From assembly GCA_037441725.1 (NCBI GenBank), contig JBBIRT010000004.1, positions 9,908 to 50,449 of the forward strand: 40,542 bases of DNA. The letters are read 5' to 3'. The notes beneath the pieces were generated by a model. It was not told the origin of the DNA and made no database searches. It worked only from the letters and a program-made list of their open reading frames with translations. Each line of letters starts with the position of its first letter. Position 1 is the first letter of the stretch. The DNA comes from Deltaproteobacteria bacterium (GTDB lineage: Bacteria > Desulfobacterota > BSN033 > UBA1163). Position numbers and translations under genes: made by a program. Below are positions 9,825-18,234 of the stretch, in pieces.

Positions 9825-11189
9825 ATGGAAAAGGCAAAGATCCTTGTGGTGGATGATGAAGCTCCCATATGCGAGATGATTAAAAGAGGTCTTTCTCATC
9901 TCGGGGAGTATGAGGTAGATATTGCTCATAATGGCTTCGAGGCGATCGAAAAGATTGAGAAAGAGGTCTTCGATTTGGTGTTGACAGATATAAAGATGCC
10001 TGAAATGGACGGACTCGAACTTTTAAAAAATATTAAAGGGACAAGGCCGGAGGTGATGGTAATCCTGATGACGGCTTACGGGTCGATTGAGATGGCTGTC
10101 GAAGCCATGAAGATCGGAGCAAACGACTTTATTACCAAACCCATTGACTTAAATGAACTTATGATCCATATTTCCAAGGCCCAAAAGGAGAGCCTTCTAA
10201 TCAGGGAGAATCGCCTTCTACGAATGGAGGTGAGAAAAAAATTTGAATTTAACAATATTATTGGGAAGAGTAAAAAGATGCAGGAAGTCTTTTCACTGAT
10301 TGAAAGGGTTGCTCCGGGAAACAGCACAGTGGTGATCTATGGTGGAAGCGGAACAGGCAAAGAGTTAGTTGCCAAGGCGATCCATTATAACAGTCCAAGG
10401 GCAGATCGGCCTTTTATCCCCTTTAATTGCGGGGCTATTCCTGAGACATTAGTTGAAAGTGAACTCTTTGGGCATACGAAAGGAGCTTTCACTGGCGCGG
10501 TCCAGGCTAAGAAAGGGCTGTTCGAAGAGGCTAATGGAGGGACTCTCTTTTTAGATGAGATCTCCACAATCCTCCCCTCAGTCCAGGTAAAACTTTTAAG
10601 GGTGCTTCAGGAAAAGGAATTGATGAAAGTGGGAAGTACGGAGAGAATAAAGATTGACGTCCGGATGATTGCCGCTACCAATGAGAATTTGGAAGAGAGT
10701 GTGAAGAATGGTAGATTTAGGGAAGATCTTTTCTATCGTCTTCATGTCTTTCCCATCTTTCTTCCTGAGCTCAAAGATCGGAAGGAGGATATCCCATTGC
10801 TTGCCTATCACTTCCTTGATCGGTATTCAAAGGAAGCACAAAAGGATATTAAAGGAATTTCAAAAAAGGCGATGAAACTCCTACTTGAATATGATTGGCC
10901 AGGATATGTCAGAGAATTTGAGTATGCCATCGAAAGGGCGGTCATCATGGCAGACCAGGACTATTTGATGCCTAATGACCTTCCGAGGGATCTGATTGAG
11001 GGGTTTTCAGGGTTGATTAAAAAAGGGGTTAGACATCGGAAGTCTCTTGAAGATATCAAATCTGAATATATTAGAGAAGTACTGAAAGAAGTTGGAGGAA
11101 ATAAGAAGGTTGCCTCAGAAATCTTAAAGGTGAACCCAAGAACCCTCTACCGTTTTGAGAAAAAGAGTCTCTCTAATGAATTATCATAA
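9825..11189 (+). CDS. Sigma54-dependent response regulator (NtrC/AtoC family)
   Basis: Receiver domain (ILVVDDE, DIKMP), AAA+ domain (GTGKE, GAFTGA, LFLDEI, FREDLFYRL) and Fis-type HTH. ATG at 9825 chosen over TTG at 9813. Confidence 0.95.
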   Translation: MEKAKILVVDDEAPICEMIKRGLSHLGEYEVDIAHNGFEAIEKIEKEVFDLVLTDIKMPEMDGLELLKNIKGTRPEVMVILMTAYGSIEMAVEAMKIGANDFITKPIDLNELMIHISKAQKESLLIRENRLLRMEVRKKFEFNNIIGKSKKMQEVFSLIERVAPGNSTVVIYGGSGTGKELVAKAIHYNSPRADRPFIPFNCGAIPETLVESELFGHTKGAFTGAVQAKKGLFEEANGGTLFLDEISTILPSVQVKLLRVLQEKELMKVGSTERIKIDVRMIAATNENLEESVKNGRFREDLFYRLHVFPIFLPELKDRKEDIPLLAYHFLDRYSKEAQKDIKGISKKAMKLLLEYDWPGYVREFEYAIERAVIMADQDYLMPNDLPRDLIEGFSGLIKKGVRHRKSLEDIKSEYIREVLKEVGGNKKVASEILKVNPRTLYRFEKKSLSNELS

Positions 11190-11231
11190 TCCTTCACCAT
11201 TCATTAACACTGCCAAAAAATAATCCCTTTA

Positions 11232-11330
11232 GACAAATTGTCATTTGTAAAATAATCTAAAATCTAATAAAAATTGTAAAATTCTAAGAAAAAATTGAAG
11301 AATCTGGAATTTGAAAAATGGCAATTTGTC
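11232..11330. promoter_or_regulatory. Candidate enhancer-binding-protein sites
   Basis: Palindrome GACAA-A-TTGTC (11232-11242) and related GGCAATTTGTC (11320-11330), upstream of a sigma54 promoter. Confidence 0.45.
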
Positions 11331-11377
11331 CCATTTGTCCCCTCTTTAAAGTTTTATTTAATTTTAAATATTAATAA

Positions 11378-11390
11378 ATTCAATAAGTTA
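11378..11390 (+). promoter_or_regulatory. IHF-like binding site
   Basis: ATTCAATAAGTTA has one mismatch to WATCAANNNNTTR, is preceded by an AT tract, and lies between the candidate enhancer and the -24 box. Confidence 0.5.
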
Positions 11391-11405
11391 TACAATTTCT
11401 CCTTA

Positions 11406-11422
11406 TTGGTATAGGGCTTGCT
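11406..11422 (+). promoter_or_regulatory. Sigma54 (-24/-12) promoter
   Basis: TTGGTATAGGGCTTGCT has exact GG-N10-GC spacing and is close to consensus TTGGCACNNNNNTTGCW; next to a sigma54 activator gene. Confidence 0.75.
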
Positions 11423-11434
11423 TTCTCATCAGAC

Positions 11435-11899
11435 ATGATGATGAAGATGGTAAAAGCCCTGGTATTTTCAATACTCATTTTCTTGGTGATTCAGGGTGTT
11501 GGTTTGGCGAGAAACTCAGCAACGGTAATGGTTTCGGCAACTGTGGTGGCAAGAGTAAGTCATTCGATTACCCATCAGGAAAAAACGATTACTATTACAA
11601 AGGGAGATATTGAAAAAGGATACGTTGAGATTCCTTCGGCCATGATCCTTCAGATCAAGACCAACCAAAGAAATGGTTATGTTTTATGGTTTGAAGGAGG
11701 AAGTGAGCTTTTTAAAGAAATTTTGGTCATTGAGAAAGGAAGGGTTATCGTCCTTCCCCCTTCAGGGGGATTCATTCATCAACCCTATTCAGGAAGTCCT
11801 GTAGAAATCAAGGAACTCTCTTTTAGATTTAAACTTAAAGAGGATACCCATCCTGGATATTACCCATTCCCCTTCGTAGTGAAAGCCTTCCCCCTCTAA
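11435..11899 (+). CDS. Secreted beta-rich hypothetical protein (possible pilin-like/Ig-like subunit)
   Basis: Signal peptide (…GVGLA) followed by SATVMVSATV and alternating beta-strand patterns. The fold assignment is inference. Confidence 0.6.
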   Translation: MMMKMVKALVFSILIFLVIQGVGLARNSATVMVSATVVARVSHSITHQEKTITITKGDIEKGYVEIPSAMILQIKTNQRNGYVLWFEGGSELFKEILVIEKGRVIVLPPSGGFIHQPYSGSPVEIKELSFRFKLKEDTHPGYYPFPFVVKAFPL

Positions 11900-11999
11900 T
11901 TGAACCAACCTAATCATACATTAACTTAATTTTACGATAAGGCGTTAGAAAAAAATTGACATCTATTGTGAAGTATGATAATGCAATAAGAGTCGAGAT

Positions 12000-12767
12000 A
12001 TGAATCCTGAAGAGATTTCAAGAAAACAACTGGATAATCAGGAATTTTTCAAGCTTCGGCAGGTGACAGAGAAGATCAGCCATGTCTTAAGTAAACGACT
12101 GGCAAATCATTTGGATATTTTAAGGCCTCTCTTTATTCCAAGAAGGCTTTTAGGAACCTATGTAAAGAGTGCAGTAATGGAAGAGGTCCCAAGGTCTGAG
12201 AAGGCCTTTGCCGATCTCCAGGATCTTTTTGGAACCGTTTGTGAAAAACCTTTTGGACTCCCGAGGAAACTCCAACCCCCCCTTCCTCCTATTTCAAATC
12301 AATTAGAGATGACCCCCTTTCAATATCCCCTCCACATCATAGGATCAGGAGACAAGACCATTCACGTGACCTCTCCTACCCGATGGATTCTTTCCTATCG
12401 AAGCGAATGTTCAATCAACCGTTTAAAAGCAATGGTCTCTGGAACTGAACCACGTCAACCCGATGAAATGAGGCAGGCCCTGATCAATCATCTGTCCCTT
12501 GTTGTTCTACTCAGACATGTCCCCACCCTCACCCAGTTGCTTGAAGATCTACGTTATCAGGTCGAGATCAGAGAGCTTAAAGAGTTAGGAAATCTTCCTG
12601 TGGTGGTATTGAAATCACCCGTTCAAACCTTTCTCCCCCCAGACGATTTTATTCTTCAGGTAACACAACTTTCAGGGGTTCCAGCATTTCAGGAGATTAT
12701 TGATCTTGAGGCAGTTGAAAATATTTCAGATTCCCTCAAAGAGACTTTGAGAAGGCTTATCGATTAA
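12000..12767 (+). CDS. Hypothetical cytoplasmic protein convergent with the sheath-like gene
   Basis: 255-aa ORF with no signal peptide and no motif I can name. Confidence 0.7.
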   Translation: MNPEEISRKQLDNQEFFKLRQVTEKISHVLSKRLANHLDILRPLFIPRRLLGTYVKSAVMEEVPRSEKAFADLQDLFGTVCEKPFGLPRKLQPPLPPISNQLEMTPFQYPLHIIGSGDKTIHVTSPTRWILSYRSECSINRLKAMVSGTEPRQPDEMRQALINHLSLVVLLRHVPTLTQLLEDLRYQVEIRELKELGNLPVVVLKSPVQTFLPPDDFILQVTQLSGVPAFQEIIDLEAVENISDSLKETLRRLID

Positions 12768-12783
12768 CCCTTCTGGTCACTCC

Positions 12784-14352
12784 TCACCAACTCAATTCAA
12801 ATTCTACCCGTTCTCCTGAATGTAAGATTTGATGGGAGGGTTCAACTGAGATTCTTATGGTGGCAGGTTGATTCGGTTTGGGTTGGGAAACCGAGATCTG
12901 GAATTCTTTCGGAGTGAGGTGACCTGACCTCTCCCAAAAGAGAGTAAAAGCCTTTCTTAAATTCGCCTCAAGGAGATCAGGGGCAAGATCTCGTTCGAGA
13001 TGATCCTTACACCAAAAAAGGAATTGAGCGATTCTGGAGAGAAAAAGTTGGTAACTCAAAGAACTGCCTGCAACATTGACTTCCAGAGGGATAAATGCTG
13101 AGTCCTTATTTGGAAAAGAAACCAATGGGATGATTCCTCCCCGGATCAATTGATCGATCCTATCATCACTCAAGAGGGTTTCTGTGGGGATATTTTCTTC
13201 CTTAATTGTATTGAGGGCTAGGTTCTCCAGTCGGATGGTTTGCCATTCGGTAAATCGAGTTGACCATCCTGTTTTATGAAAACTTTTCCCAATAAGACTT
13301 CCTATGGCCCAAACCGGACTTAGCCACAAATTTTCTGATTCCTCGAAGTAAATCCATTTAGGTTTATTGTCGGGACCATATGGATATCGGCTCAGAAATC
13401 GATTACAGGTTATAGCCATCCATCTTGCAGCAGGAGTCTTGCTCAAATGACGCCACTTAGCAAAGTTAGATTCCTCGAGAACGTGAGGGAGGTAGGCCAA
13501 TTTTTTTAGATCCTGCCAGGTATCGATATAGAAAAACTTAGGGGTGATCCAGCAAATGGATGGAACCATGAGGGTCTCTGAAAAATGGGCAATTTTCTCA
13601 AGAAGATCAAGACTTCTTGGACTATTATCAAATGGCAGGTCAATGAGGAGGAGAGAGGGAAGATTTTCAATCAAATCGACCGTGAGATGATCCAATGTCT
13701 CTTCAAGGGTGTCGAGGGAGGTAGGGACGATTTCAAGTTTTAGTTCTTCATCAGCTCCCCCTTCTTTGATGAAAAATCTCAGTCCTTGCCAGGTGGACTC
13801 CAGATTTCTAAATTCCTCATTGGAAAAGATGATTCTTAGGATTTGACGAAGGATTGAATCGATTTGAATCATAAAGGATTGGGTTTCCTCAGGAGAGGAT
13901 GAGTCTTCCTCTGGTACGGCAACCATCTTTAGGATGTCATCAATCACTCTCGAGGATGGAGAAGCTGTTTTTGGTTTGGAAGGTTCGTACATGATTTGAA
14001 ATGGGAAATCAGGCCATTCCTTGAGTCGATGATAAACCTCTTTTTCAGAAAGGCCTCCTTTTCTTGAATCTTCAACAAATCTCCTGGCCTCCAGGATGTT
14101 TTTAAGAAAAGGGGTCTCTTCCAGGAGACGATCAGGTTGAAAATCTTTCAACCGATGGAAATGAACGATTAATGAACCGGAGGGGCAAAGATGCTTGGGA
14201 ATGGAAATTTCGATCGACAATCCAAGGTCAACCATGATCTGATCGATGTTGCTTTTATCAACAGGAATGGGTGGATGGGACCAAGGGTTTGTGATTCGAG
14301 TGTTGAAAGGGGCCAAGGCTAAGACTTTGAAAGGCATAAAAGGAATCTGCAT
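12784..14352 (-). CDS. Contractile-sheath-like protein: apparent TssB(VipA)-TssC(VipB) fusion
   Basis: Residues ~1-95 resemble TssB (PFKVLALAPF, VDKSNIDQIM, FHRLKDFQPDRLLEETPFLKNILEARR). The rest resembles TssC (IDSILRQILRIIFSNEEFRNLESTWQGLRFFI, FAKWRHL, RFLSRYPYG, SFHKTGW, IPTETLLSD, GIIPLV, LSYQLFLSRIAQFL). GGAG RBS. Confidence 0.8.
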   Translation of the reverse strand: MQIPFMPFKVLALAPFNTRITNPWSHPPIPVDKSNIDQIMVDLGLSIEISIPKHLCPSGSLIVHFHRLKDFQPDRLLEETPFLKNILEARRFVEDSRKGGLSEKEVYHRLKEWPDFPFQIMYEPSKPKTASPSSRVIDDILKMVAVPEEDSSSPEETQSFMIQIDSILRQILRIIFSNEEFRNLESTWQGLRFFIKEGGADEELKLEIVPTSLDTLEETLDHLTVDLIENLPSLLLIDLPFDNSPRSLDLLEKIAHFSETLMVPSICWITPKFFYIDTWQDLKKLAYLPHVLEESNFAKWRHLSKTPAARWMAITCNRFLSRYPYGPDNKPKWIYFEESENLWLSPVWAIGSLIGKSFHKTGWSTRFTEWQTIRLENLALNTIKEENIPTETLLSDDRIDQLIRGGIIPLVSFPNKDSAFIPLEVNVAGSSLSYQLFLSRIAQFLFWCKDHLERDLAPDLLEANLRKAFTLFWERSGHLTPKEFQISVSQPKPNQPATIRISVEPSHQILHSGERVEFELSW

Positions 14353-14380
14353 CTTTAGACTCCTTTGAATTTGTATAAGG

Positions 14381-15268
14381 TTAGCGATCTATGATCTTTT
14401 TAAAAACCGACTTTAATCCCTTTGGCTCCTTCTCCTTCGAGTCCTCCTTGCGGACCTCCTTCTTGATTTCAGAGGATCTGACAAATTCTCCCATCGGAGC
14501 CTCTTGCACCTCAGCCAAACGGCCTTCGCCAAGGAAACGGAAGGTAGGCCCTCGAGGAGTTAAAGCAATTTCATCATTGGGCTTGAGGGAGGCCTGGACA
14601 ACGATTGGGACTCGATTGATCTGGACTAACCTCTGACCTGTCAGGTCTTTTATCCAGTATTGATTCTGGAAGAAAAAGATCTGCGCCTGCTGATCAAAAA
14701 GGGCAGGATGATCAATGATAAAATCGCATTTTAATCCTTTCCCAATGGTCACGGGGAGTTCTTTATAAGACCGAAGGGTAGGGCCATATTGGATCACCAG
14801 GGGAGCCTTTACCGGTTGGACTGCAACTTCTTGCGTCTCTACTCTTATGGGTTCAACCTGTAGGGGTTTTTCTACAGGGGGTCTTTTAGGCTCTCCCTTA
14901 GGGGTTTCGGGTTTTAAGGGTGTAATCACTTCCTCTTCTTTGACTTCTTTTACCTCGGTTAAGAAACTGACCTTAGGACCTCCTTCTGAAAATTCGAGAA
15001 CATCACCGTTTTTTAAGTAGATTTCCTTTACCCTCTTTCCATTGACAAAGGTGCCATTGGTGCTATGATCAATTAATTTGAATTGATTTCCCTCCCGTGT
15101 TATTTCGGCATGTTTTCGAGAAATACTGGTGAGGTTGGGAGGGAAATGGAGATGGCAGGTTGGATGGCGACCGATCGAAATGATCGGATCGGTAAATTCT
15201 TGGATTTCTCCTTTCATCGGTCCAAGAATATGAACAAGCTGAATAACAATGACAGGTGGGCGTCTCAT
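14381..15268 (-). CDS. Double-FHA-domain protein
   Basis: FHA1 has canonical IGR, ISRKHA and STNGTFVNG motifs; Pro/Lys/Glu-rich linker; degenerate second FHA (TIGKG...IKDL...QIN). Start set to ATG 15268 because the ORF-track start (15499) overlaps the divergent phosphatase. Confidence 0.85.
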   Translation of the reverse strand: MRRPPVIVIQLVHILGPMKGEIQEFTDPIISIGRHPTCHLHFPPNLTSISRKHAEITREGNQFKLIDHSTNGTFVNGKRVKEIYLKNGDVLEFSEGGPKVSFLTEVKEVKEEEVITPLKPETPKGEPKRPPVEKPLQVEPIRVETQEVAVQPVKAPLVIQYGPTLRSYKELPVTIGKGLKCDFIIDHPALFDQQAQIFFFQNQYWIKDLTGQRLVQINRVPIVVQASLKPNDEIALTPRGPTFRFLGEGRLAEVQEAPMGEFVRSSEIKKEVRKEDSKEKEPKGLKSVFKKIIDR

Positions 15269-15281
15269 TTTTCTGATCTTA

Positions 15282-15347
15282 ATTATACCTAAAAGTTCTT
15301 CTGGGTCAAGAAAATAATTGCTCAATGAGGGATGATTTTTGTATAAT
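15282..15347. promoter_or_regulatory. Back-to-back sigma70-type promoters between the FHA and PP2C genes
   Basis: Minus strand: TTGACC (15309-15304), 16-bp spacer, TATAAT (15287-15282). Plus strand: TTGCTC (15318-15323), 18-bp spacer, TATAAT (15342-15347). Confidence 0.6.
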
Positions 15348-15352
15348 AAGCC

Positions 15353-16087
15353 ATGTTCAAAATTATCTCTTATGGTAAAACTGATCCGGGTCTGAAACGA
15401 ACCAATAATGAAGATGCCTTTATTGTAAAACCCGAGATGAATCTTTTTGTTGTGGCCGATGGCATGGGCGGAGCGGCGGCAGGAGAAGTGGCCAGTCAAT
15501 TCTTTGTCGAAACGACGTTACAGATTTTCTCCAAACCCCATGGAGAATCCGAACAAGAGATCCTAAGATTGGTTCAAGAATCCTTCAGCCAGGCCAACGA
15601 AAGGATTCTTAGGCATTCCATCGAGAATCCTCATCACCAGGGAATGGGATGTACCGCAGAACTTATGGCCTTTTCTCACCAGCATTATGTTTTGGGCCAT
15701 GTGGGGGATAGTCGTAGCTATCTCTATCGAAAAGGACAATTGAGGCAGATGACGCATGATCACTCTTTGATTCAAGAACAGGTGGATCAGGGGATGATTA
15801 CACCCGATGAAGCAAAGAGGCATTCCCTTCGGAACATTATTCTCAGGGCAGTAGGTACCCAAGAAACCCTTGCTGTTGATCTGATTCGAGGGAAGGCTCA
15901 ATTAGGAGATCTCTTTCTTCTTTGTTCGGATGGTTTAACCGATATGATCGATGATCTCTTGATTCAGGAAGTCCTCTCTTTGCCATTGAATCTTATTCAA
16001 AAAGGAGAGAAGCTCATCCAGTTAGCCAAATCCAAAGGGGGTTTTGATAATATTACGGTCATCTTGTGTGAGATCATTTCTTTATGA
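15353..16087 (+). CDS. PP2C/PPM-family Ser/Thr phosphatase (Stp1/PppA-like)
   Basis: RTNNEDA, VADGMGG, GMGCT, HVGDSR, DHS, LCSDGL and GGFDNITV motifs. Confidence 0.95.
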   Translation: MFKIISYGKTDPGLKRTNNEDAFIVKPEMNLFVVADGMGGAAAGEVASQFFVETTLQIFSKPHGESEQEILRLVQESFSQANERILRHSIENPHHQGMGCTAELMAFSHQHYVLGHVGDSRSYLYRKGQLRQMTHDHSLIQEQVDQGMITPDEAKRHSLRNIILRAVGTQETLAVDLIRGKAQLGDLFLLCSDGLTDMIDDLLIQEVLSLPLNLIQKGEKLIQLAKSKGGFDNITVILCEIISL

Positions 16088-17019
16088 AAAAAGCCAATGC
16101 CTTTTCATTGCTTATCGCTTCTATTCTCCTAATCCTCTCTTCACTCTTTGCAGAAGAGGGAGGGGTTTCAAGGCTCTATCCTTTACCTATGATTGAGGTA
16201 GAATGGGTGGTGATGGATTGGTTGATTCACTCCGGATTTGAAGTTTCAAAGATCCCTATAGAAGGTGACCAGATTTTATTGTTGGGAAAGAAGGAAAGTG
16301 AAAAGTGGGAGCTCATTTTGAAACCTCATTCTCCCCTTGCTTCCATCCTGCAGATCAAATATACAGTGAGTGGAGGTCCTCATCGAGAGAAACTTCAGGA
16401 ATTATGGAGCCACCTTGAAAGATATTCTCATGGTCCCCCTATTGAACAGGAAACTTTAGCTCAAGAAATCCCATCAAAGGTTTCTTCCCAGAGTGCCTCA
16501 GTCGTCTGTATTAAAGCCAAATTGGATCAAGGAGAGATTCAGTTTTCAGGTTTCGTCATTGATCCCCAGGGATTCATCATTTCTACGGCTCATGATCTCA
16601 AGTCTCCTCAAGAGATATTGGTCACCCTCCATGATGGGCAAAGGTTTAAGGGAGAGATCGTTAAGAATGATTCCCATAGAGATTTGGTCTTAATTCACAT
16701 TCCCTCTGCTCTTCATTCCTTTATTCCGATAAAAGGAAAAAGATTCCTGAAAGATGGAGAAAAGGTATATATGATCGGTTATCCAAATGGTCACCAAGGA
16801 GTCATTCACTCAGGCCTGATTGATGGTTCCCTCCGGTGGGTCGGTCTTCTCCCTTTATGGAAGGTGAAAATGGAGACCCTACCTGGAAGCAGTGGCAGCC
16901 CTGTGTTTGACGCCAAGGGAAATCTGGTGGCCATGGTGAAGGGAAGACTCCGAGGGAGCGATACGGTAGGTTTTTTGATCCCTTTAGAGACCATCCTTGA
17001 ATTTTTAAAGGAGAAATAG
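16084..17019 (+). CDS. Secreted trypsin-like serine protease with an N-terminal unknown domain, no PDZ
   Basis: Signal peptide; catalytic triad motifs TAH, RDL and PGSSGSP; start overlaps the phosphatase stop (ATGA). Confidence 0.85.
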   Translation: MKKANAFSLLIASILLILSSLFAEEGGVSRLYPLPMIEVEWVVMDWLIHSGFEVSKIPIEGDQILLLGKKESEKWELILKPHSPLASILQIKYTVSGGPHREKLQELWSHLERYSHGPPIEQETLAQEIPSKVSSQSASVVCIKAKLDQGEIQFSGFVIDPQGFIISTAHDLKSPQEILVTLHDGQRFKGEIVKNDSHRDLVLIHIPSALHSFIPIKGKRFLKDGEKVYMIGYPNGHQGVIHSGLIDGSLRWVGLLPLWKVKMETLPGSSGSPVFDAKGNLVAMVKGRLRGSDTVGFLIPLETILEFLKEK

Positions 17020-17021
17020 TC

Positions 17022-18215
17022 ATGATGACTTATGGTCGTTATCAGATTATAGAGGAATTAGGGAAAGGGTCAATGGGGATTGTGTATAAGGCCCATGATC
17101 CTCAAATTGATCGACTGGTGGCCTTAAAAGTTCTCCGCCAAGATCGACTGACCAGTGATGATTTTATCCATCGATTCCTAAAAGAGGCTAAGGCCATTGG
17201 CAGGCTTTCCCATCCCCATATTGTGACGGTCTACGATGTAGGAGAGGATCACGGGACGATCTATATCGCCATGGAGTTCTTAGAAGGAAGACCCTTAAAT
17301 CAGGTGATGGGAGAAAGAAGGTTAGGTCTCAGGGAAATCATTGAAATAGGAATTCAGGCAGCCGAAACTCTCGATCATGCCCATCAGAAAGGGATTGTTC
17401 ATAGGGATGTCAAGCCCAGCAATATTCTCCTTCAAACCTCTGGGCAGATTAAGATCACAGATTTTGGTATTGCCCATATTGAAGATCCCTCTGCTTCTGT
17501 CCAAACCCAAGCAGGTGAGATCCTTGGTACCCCTGCCTATATGTCCCCCGAACAGGTGATGAGCCGTCCGGTGGATGGTCGTTCTGATCTATTCTCTTTG
17601 GGGATCATCTTATATGAGCTGGCGACTGGCAAGAGGCCATTTGGGGGTGAAAACCTGGCAGCCATCTTTAACTCTATTACACAGGAGATTCCATCCCCAC
17701 CTGTAAGGATTAATCCAGAAATCCCTTTAGAGTTCTCACAGATCATCCTAAAGTGTTTGAATAAAAAACAGGAAGAACGTTTTCAATCAGGGAAAACATT
17801 GGCAGAAGCTTTGAAGACCACCCTTCAGAAAATGGAGCCAGTGGCCGTTGAAACAGAGGCATCAAAGAGATCGAAAAACATGTTTTTATTCATCATCGGG
17901 ATCATTCTTCTCTTAGGGATTGGAGGGATACTCTCTTACCTTTACATCCTTCCAAAGGAGAGGGTTCCAGTGCAAAATGAAATTATCAAAACAGGAGCTC
18001 TTCATGTGGAAAGCAACCCAGCAGGAGCTCAGGTTTTTATCGATGGCACATTTAAAGGGAAGGCACCCATCAAATTGGAGCTTTCAGCAGGAAAGCATGA
18101 AGTTCGATTAACTCTTCCGAATCATTTTGACTGGGAGGCCCAGGTAGACCTCAAAGAGAATGAGGAAACCCCTTTATTGATCCATTTGTTTCCAGAGACT
18201 GATGAAAAACCTTAA
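17022..18215 (+). CDS. Hanks-type Ser/Thr protein kinase with TM helix and extracytoplasmic PEGA domain
   Basis: GKGSMG, VALK, HRDVKPSN, DFGIA, GTPAYMSPE; hydrophobic TM segment; PEGA-like LHVESNPAGAQVFIDG...G.HEVRL. Confidence 0.93.
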   Translation: MMTYGRYQIIEELGKGSMGIVYKAHDPQIDRLVALKVLRQDRLTSDDFIHRFLKEAKAIGRLSHPHIVTVYDVGEDHGTIYIAMEFLEGRPLNQVMGERRLGLREIIEIGIQAAETLDHAHQKGIVHRDVKPSNILLQTSGQIKITDFGIAHIEDPSASVQTQAGEILGTPAYMSPEQVMSRPVDGRSDLFSLGIILYELATGKRPFGGENLAAIFNSITQEIPSPPVRINPEIPLEFSQIILKCLNKKQEERFQSGKTLAEALKTTLQKMEPVAVETEASKRSKNMFLFIIGIILLLGIGGILSYLYILPKERVPVQNEIIKTGALHVESNPAGAQVFIDGTFKGKAPIKLELSAGKHEVRLTLPNHFDWEAQVDLKENEETPLLIHLFPETDEKP

Positions 18216-18234
18216 ATTAGAGGGAGGGATAAAC

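Noticed and set aside
9603-9929. Minus-strand ORFs of 108 and 75 aa running into MITE copy 2
   Set aside because: They are antisense to the response regulator start, end inside the repeat and show no transposase motifs.
11956-11982. Sigma70 promoter for the 255-aa ORF (TTGACA ... TATGATAAT)
   Set aside because: Spacing to the best -10 candidates is 12 or 15 bp, so it cannot be supported confidently.
15269-15499. 77-aa N-terminal extension of the FHA ORF in the track
   Set aside because: It overlaps the divergent PP2C gene and the promoter motifs; ATG 15268 is the more plausible start.
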